From positions 1 through 64,000 of IMG/VR virus record IMGVR_UViG_3300032268_001483: a stretch of 64,000 bases of DNA, one strand, 5' to 3'. Below the pieces are notes generated by a model, which was not told the origin of the DNA, made no database searches, and worked only from the letters and a program-made list of their open reading frames with translations. This DNA comes from a virus. The position numbers and the translations under genes are program-made. Positions within the stretch are counted from its first letter, which is position 1. Every line of letters begins with the position of its first letter. This document shows, piece by piece, positions 60,760 to 64,000 of the stretch.

Positions 60760-62246
60760 CCAAACTACAAATCTTACCTTTTACAAGTCCTTTTTCACAA
60801 CAAGTTCTAACTAGTTGAATTGAGGCTACAACTAAAAGTGTATATTTCAAAATAGTTAAAACTGGGCCGATTTGTGTTTCTAAAATTGCTACCAAACTTG
60901 CACCTATAATTGGAGCAACTACTTTAGCAAATCCGCTAAAAATAGACTTTAATTTTTGATTTTTATTTATCGATACTTCACCAGCCTGTTCAATCGATTC
61001 CTGTGCTTGTTGAGTAGGATCACCCTCATCTTCTGCCTCTCCCGAAATAATTTCATCTACTTTAGGCAAAACTTTACCAAATGCTTTATATTTATATGCT
61101 TTATCTAATCCCCTTCTAGCAACTCCTGATATTAGATATAGAGCGCCATTTGTTCCATACTTCAAAGCCTTCAAAACAAGATAGTCTATAGGTCTAATAA
61201 TTAATTTAAAACATTCTAAAACCCAACCCATTACACCCATTCTACCTTTAACTGCCTTTTCTTCACCACCCTTTTCACCAGATGATTTTGAAACTATATC
61301 ACCTTTCTCTTTGTAGAATTCATTTTCTTCTTTATCTTTAAAATAGAATTTATCACCTTCTATCTTTGTTATTTCTTTTTCTATTTCTTCTCCAGTTTTA
61401 GATTTATATTTTACTTTATCACCAACATTATATTCTTGAGCTTCTTGTACCTCATTTATTATCATATCAACATCACTCAGATTACCACCTTCAACTAAAA
61501 AACCTTTGAGTGAATAGTAAACTCTTTCGAAATTAAATTTACTATAAAGATTGAATGAGTCCTTAACTAAATCTTCAATTTTATCTAAATCATCAACTGC
61601 ATCATATTCTGATGCCTCCTCTTCTAATTTCTTTTTTACTTCATCAGAGGTGTTACCTATCTCACCTTTTGAAAATCTACTTTTGATACCGTTCAAGTCT
61701 GATACAACTTCACCTGTTTCAGTTGAGAAAGTTTCATCTAAAATAATTTCAGATAAGGCTTCTACTGATGGATTTTTTTGATTTTCTATTATCCATCCAC
61801 CTACACTTTTAACTAATGTGATCCCGGCAGTTTTTGTGATTTCCCAAAGAGCTATAAATACTTGACTTATTTTTTTAAAGATATTTGATATGGTATCTTT
61901 TATATTTTTTAAAAATTCAGTAAAACTATTATAAGCTTTTCCAACAATATTAATACCGCCTTCCCAAGCATTTTTTGTTGCGTTCCATATTTTACCAAAA
62001 ATATTTTCTTCTTCTAAAATTGAACTATCACTATTTAAAAAACTTCCATAAATTTCTTTAATGATAATTTTATCTAATTTTTTAAAATTTATATTTTTTT
62101 TTGAATTGTGTCACGTCAATTCTTTCTGATATAAGACAACTTTCAAAAATTGATTTATTCGATTCTCTACCTATATTATAAAAATAGTATAGATTATCAA
62201 CCTTTCTACTTTGACTAAAACTTGAATAATTTTTTATATATCTCAC
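60740..62246 (-). pseudogene. Tagged membrane-associated protein split by a frameshift at an A9 run (about 501 aa if joined)
   Basis: GTG at 62246 overlaps the paaA stop and gives [10 protein letters not shown].. (54 aa, stop 62082-62084); the +1 frame is open 62110-60740 with no ATG/GTG/TTG for its first 138 codons; T9 at 62094-62102 on + strand. Confidence 0.7.
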
Positions 62247-63178
62247 GCCTTTTTCATTCTTTTTTTCTCTGCAAATACACTCGCAGCTTCTCTAACCCAT
62301 TCACCTTCATCATATGCCCTCTTTCTTGTCTTTAGTCTTTGTTTATTACAAGGTCCGTTTCCCCCAACGACTTTCCAAAATTCATCCCAATCAATATCTC
62401 CGAAGTCATAGTGTCCCCTTTCTTCATTCCACTTCAACTTTTCATCTGGAAGTTCAACTCCTAAATAATCAGCTTGTTTAACGGTTGCATCTACAAAATC
62501 CTGTCTTAACTCATCGTTGGATTTTCTTTTTATTTTCCAATCCATAGATTTTTGAGAATGCACCGATTGGGAATCATTAGGACCAAACATCATTAAGGCA
62601 GGCCACCACCATCTATCAACAGCATCCTGTAACATCCCCCTTTGTTCTTCATTACCTTGACTCAATTTTACAAGAATTTCATAACCTTGCCTTTGATGAA
62701 AACTTTCTTCTTTACAAATTCTAACCATTGCCCTTGCATAGGGCCCATAGGAAGTTCTACATAACATGACTTGATTCATAATGGCAGCGCCGTCAACTAA
62801 CCAACCAATTGCACCAATATCTGCCCATGTTAGGGTAGGATAATTAAAAATACTTGAATACTTTGCTGAGCCATTTAGGAGTTGTTTATAAAGTTCATCT
62901 CTACTTATGTCTAATGTTTCTGCTGCACTATAAAGATATAGTCCGTGACCAGCTTCATCTTGAACTTTGGCTAATAGACCGACTTTTCTTCTGAGAGTTG
63001 GTGCTCTAAGTATCCAGTTTGCTTCTGGTTGCATCCCAATGATTTCAGAATGTGCGTGTTGGGATATTTGACGAATTAGATTCCTTCTATATTCGTCTGG
63101 CATCCAATCTTTTGGTTCTATTTTTATGTCAGCATCAATCTTTTTTTGAAAAATTAATTCGGTAGATTTTGTTTCCAT
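62243..63178 (-). CDS. paaA: 1,2-phenylacetyl-CoA epoxidase subunit A
   Basis: [64 protein letters not shown]; full length 311 aa. Confidence 0.95.
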   Translation of the reverse strand: METKSTELIFQKKIDADIKIEPKDWMPDEYRRNLIRQISQHAHSEIIGMQPEANWILRAPTLRRKVGLLAKVQDEAGHGLYLYSAAETLDISRDELYKQLLNGSAKYSSIFNYPTLTWADIGAIGWLVDGAAIMNQVMLCRTSYGPYARAMVRICKEESFHQRQGYEILVKLSQGNEEQRGMLQDAVDRWWWPALMMFGPNDSQSVHSQKSMDWKIKRKSNDELRQDFVDATVKQADYLGVELPDEKLKWNEERGHYDFGDIDWDEFWKVVGGNGPCNKQRLKTRKRAYDEGEWVREAASVFAEKKRMKKA

Positions 63179-63180
63179 TT

Positions 63181-63906
63181 TTAAATCTTCTTTAATTGAA
63201 CTACAACTTGATTATCACCACCAGTGAGTTCACATCTAAATCCACCTTGTGTCACTCTTGTTGCCCACTGAATTAGATCAGCATCTCTGGTAGCATCTAA
63301 TTGATTATTAAAAGATCTCCTAATTTTTTGATTAAGTGCATAATCGTTTCCATACAATCCACCACCTTTTACAGGTGTTCTTATTTCTAACCAATTAGAA
63401 CGTTTTAGATTTACTTTTTTGTAATTATATTTTGTTTTCAAAATTATTTCTAATTCTTTCAGAAAATTTTCTATTTGTTCTTTTACATCAAATTCAGAAC
63501 TTTCTACAAGTCCACCAACTATGTAAAATTTTATTTCTAAATCTTCCCAACTTGGTTTAACTCGGAAGTTTGGAGACTCACCGCTTCGATGATAAAATTG
63601 TTCGATTTCTGATAAAATTTTGGAAAGTACTTTAATATCGGTCAAACATCTACCACCACCACTATGAGGCTGGATACCATCAGCTACACCTTTTAAATTA
63701 ATTGTAATTTCTTTACATTTTTTTGTATCTTTTTTTACATTAGCAACATCAGTAAAAAATCTATTATCAGAAGAAACAAATCCTTCTACAAGTCTAAATT
63801 GTTTATTGTCAACGTAGTCGATAAATAGATCTTCTATATCTTCGTTATCTAATTTGAAACTTTCAAATAGACTTTCAAAGTTGTTAAATTTTTTTAATTT
63901 TTTCAT
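63181..63906 (-). CDS. Hypothetical protein with N-terminal tag
   Basis: [16 protein letters not shown]. Confidence 0.6.
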   Translation of the reverse strand: MKKLKKFNNFESLFESFKLDNEDIEDLFIDYVDNKQFRLVEGFVSSDNRFFTDVANVKKDTKKCKEITINLKGVADGIQPHSGGGRCLTDIKVLSKILSEIEQFYHRSGESPNFRVKPSWEDLEIKFYIVGGLVESSEFDVKEQIENFLKELEIILKTKYNYKKVNLKRSNWLEIRTPVKGGGLYGNDYALNQKIRRSFNNQLDATRDADLIQWATRVTQGGFRCELTGGDNQVVVQLKKI

Positions 63907-64000
63907 GACTTATATTTTCCTCCTCTTTTTTTCCTTTTACAATATTGCCTTTGAGAAAAGCCTAAATTAGGGTTACTACAATTTATTGATTTTTTGTATT

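Overview
Gene-dense, very AT-rich 64 kb segment of a large tailed phage genome (jumbo/T4-like myovirus). Standard genetic code. No tRNA, rRNA or CRISPR array seen. Phage evidence: T4 gp13-like neck protein, PG-binding + GH19 endolysin, collagen-like and L-domain fibre-type proteins, four free-standing homing endonuclease genes. The host is probably Bacteroidota: TAnnTTTG -7 promoter boxes, A-rich SD-less starts, Bacteroidota-type TonB-C protein and lipoproteins. Host-like genes: clpP, dnaJ, grpE, iscA, ppk2, guaC, umuC/umuD-like, paaA, pterin dehydratase, NADAR, RNA ligase, nucleotidyltransferase, two flavodoxin-fold proteins, BCS1-like AAA ATPase. Main finding: about 27 otherwise unrelated ORFs start with a shared peptide (MK[HY][LI]Kx[FY]ExF / [FYW]xx[FW][IL]xE). 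It matches the pattern of the T4 internal-protein capsid-targeting sequence (MKTYQEFIAE). Many of these genes follow a T[AT]ATATATA box, and several are enzymes (PPK2, protein kinase, GNAT, P-loop kinase), suggesting a greatly expanded virion-cargo system. A second, C-terminal tag (RxxKI[DN]x[IL]L) marks six small untagged ORFs. Also seen: a ~280 nt unassigned structured ncRNA candidate, two smaller structured leaders, an A9 frameshift splitting a tagged gene, and a coupled very basic/very acidic micro-peptide pair. Family assignments come from motif recognition only; no database searches were run.
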